Below are positions 61,956 through 64,000 of a stretch of DNA of 64,000 nt, piece after piece (position 1 is the stretch's first letter; every line of letters starts with the position of its first letter). The DNA is from Folioceros fuciformis (taxonomy: Eukaryota), in the NCBI GenBank assembly GCA_049999805.1, contig JBNGIO010006380.1:260680-324679 (forward strand), written 5' to 3'. The translations under genes were made by a program, and so were the position numbers. Below the pieces are notes generated by a model. It saw nothing but the letters and a program-made list of their open reading frames with translations. It had not been told where the DNA came from and ran no database searches.

Positions 61956-64000
61956 TTATGAATATAAGCTGGCAGGGGGTCTGGGCGTGGCAACTGCTAT
62001 AAGCGGCCTCTTCATGTGCGCACTCAGGGCAAAAGCCTGGCTAAAGTCCATCTCCTCCACGGGTTGACCATCAGGAAGGCTCCACTGGAATGCATGAAGC
62101 AACGTTGCCACACTGAAAGTCACGGAGGTCGAGCCTAACAGAGCTCCAGGGCACCTGCAGTGGAACACAAATTCCGAGTTTTCAGTGATCTCTGTCGTTA
62201 GACTGGAAATGCAGTGGGGACAGACAATACGAGCAGAGCTTGCACAGACCCTCGTCGACCACTTCCGAAGGGAAGGAACCGAAAGTCTTTGCCGAATTCG
62301 CTAATGTCTTGTTCCAGGAACCTTTCAGGTCTGAACTCCAAGGGCTTGTCCCAGTGGAGTTCGTCCGACATCACAGCCAACATGTTTATGAATAGTTGAG
62401 TGTTGGCAGGTACTCTGTAGCCGGCTACAACAACTTCTTTGAGGCTGTTGTGAGGCAACCCTAGAGGTGCAACAGGCCGCAGTCTTCGAGCTTCCTTCGT
62501 TACTGCCTGTATCAACAAGTACTCTTGTTTCTTCTGAAGTAGAACATTTCGCCTAGCCAGCTAAGATCAGGGTGGGGGTGAGTATGATGCACAAAGTCTT
62601 AGCCCTGACTAGGGGATCTCTCACCTGTATGTATGGCAGATTTGGGATATCCGTCTCTGAAACTCGTCTTGCTTGGCCCACCACTCTGTCCAGCTCTTCA
62701 TGAGCTTTGGCCTGCATCTGGGGGTAGCGGACGAGGTACGCCATGGTCCATTGGCTAGACTTGGCTGCTGTGTCTGTCCCCGCCCCAATCAGTTCCTTAT
62801 ACCAAAGTACCAACCAGGGTGAGGCCAGAGCTGAGTATATCTATAGCTGTGAGGTAATTCTGCAGCTAGCTACCAGATTTGCTAGACACCCGTGGCATCT
62901 TACCGAACACAACCCCAGCATTTCCTCGTCTGACAACTTCCTGTCACCTTCCAGCGACAGCAACACATCCAGAAAGCACTCCCGGTTATGTGTCCCTTCC
63001 TGACGCTTCTTTCTGCGTTCCACAAGCAGCGGTGGCATCACCTGCTTCAGATCTTCCGCAAGTTGCTTACATTGCTTCTCTATGCCTTGCAAATCCAGCC
63101 ACCTGATGGATCACAGCCAGATTCCGGCTTCAACACCATTTTATGAAAGCGAACATCGAAGAACCGGCTGCGAACACAAGGAGGTATGACCTTACCTCAG
63201 AGAGGGTATTACATCTGCGATGTTGAACTTGCTAACGATGGCCTCATATCCCACCGTGACCTTCTCGTTGTAGCCTTTGAGTTCCTCAACAACCTGCCCG
63301 TTGGGATGCATGTACCGTTTGCCGTAAATCATTCGGAACATGCTATTCATGCTGAATTCATACACGAGTCGGAGAAGATCCAGTCCGATCCCTGTCTCAG
63401 ATCGAAATACTATCTTCAGCACGCTTGAAAGTCAGGACACTCATGCTGAAAGATAATAGTTCTCCAAAAGGGACCCACAAAATATCCAAGGGTTGCAGGA
63501 TGGACAACAGGCTCACCGGACTCTTGCGAACGCGACACCGAGGTTATCATGGCAGCTGCTTCCTCTTCTCTGATATACCTGAAGTCTTTCATCCGAGGGG
63601 CACCCAGGAGCTCAGTGTTCAGCATTTTCCGCCACAGCTTGGATTTGTCTGTTGTGGGATAGAAAGCAAGGCCCTTGCCGAAGTTAAGATACTCCCCAAG
63701 CATCATGTCCGGTCGAGAGGCGAAGTCGGCATCGTGTACCGTGAAGATTTCCTTTGCCATCTGAAAGTACAATCGAAGCAAACAGTTCGAATTAACAAGT
63801 CGCCGCTTGCCATTCAGTGACCTGGGCCAAGATTGAGAATGCAATGTTCATGAAAAAGCGGTCTACAGCCCGCAAAGTTTACCTTGTGCACAGCTAGAAA
63901 AGTACCTCAACATTGGAGACGACGAGTGTGGAACGTGATCCGAGCCTCAAGTACATCAATGGCCCATAGCGTTTAGCAAGCCTCCAAAAAGCGAGAGGAG
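61956..64000 (-). CDS. Cytochrome P450, clan 71 (A-type); 5' end beyond the window
   Basis: [23 protein letters not shown]-helix [12 protein letters not shown]-helix [22 protein letters not shown], heme motif [12 protein letters not shown]. At least 6 introns visible. Confidence 0.93.

Overview
Gene-dense eukaryotic nuclear DNA from a land plant. Short (about 70-150 nt) GT-AG introns, GC-rich genes and tight spacing suggest a compact non-seed-plant genome, possibly a hornwort (inference only). Manual splicing supports about 17 protein genes: PS1-like FHA+PIN protein, an orphan coiled-coil protein, two DUF2358/SnoaL-like proteins, a histidine acid phosphatase, an intronless STE20/GCK-III MAP4K, three tandem 3-exon metallothioneins (mostly missed by the ORF track), NUDX14-like Nudix hydrolase, SPX-MFS phosphate transporter, allantoate amidohydrolase, a RimI-like GNAT, a TrmJ-like SPOUT methyltransferase, a BT1-like carrier, MOS1 and a clan-71 P450 (5' end outside the window). 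AT-rich decayed transposon islands lie at about 1-800, 9.6-10.3 kb, 14.9-22.1 kb and 58-61.2 kb, and include two related CRE-like (RLE) LINE relics. Most notable: (1) the three-copy 13-Cys+His metallothionein array; (2) an inverted partial copy of the P450 about 105 bp past its own stop codon, a candidate hairpin/siRNA or proto-miRNA source; (3) the GNAT and TrmJ genes only 90 bp apart on one strand, a candidate bicistron; (4) the intronless MAP4K, a candidate retrogene; (5) an orphan protein with an LC8-type TQT motif. Two 100-N assembly gaps (38694-38793, 50249-50348) fall within genes. All family calls come from motif recognition by eye, with no database search.
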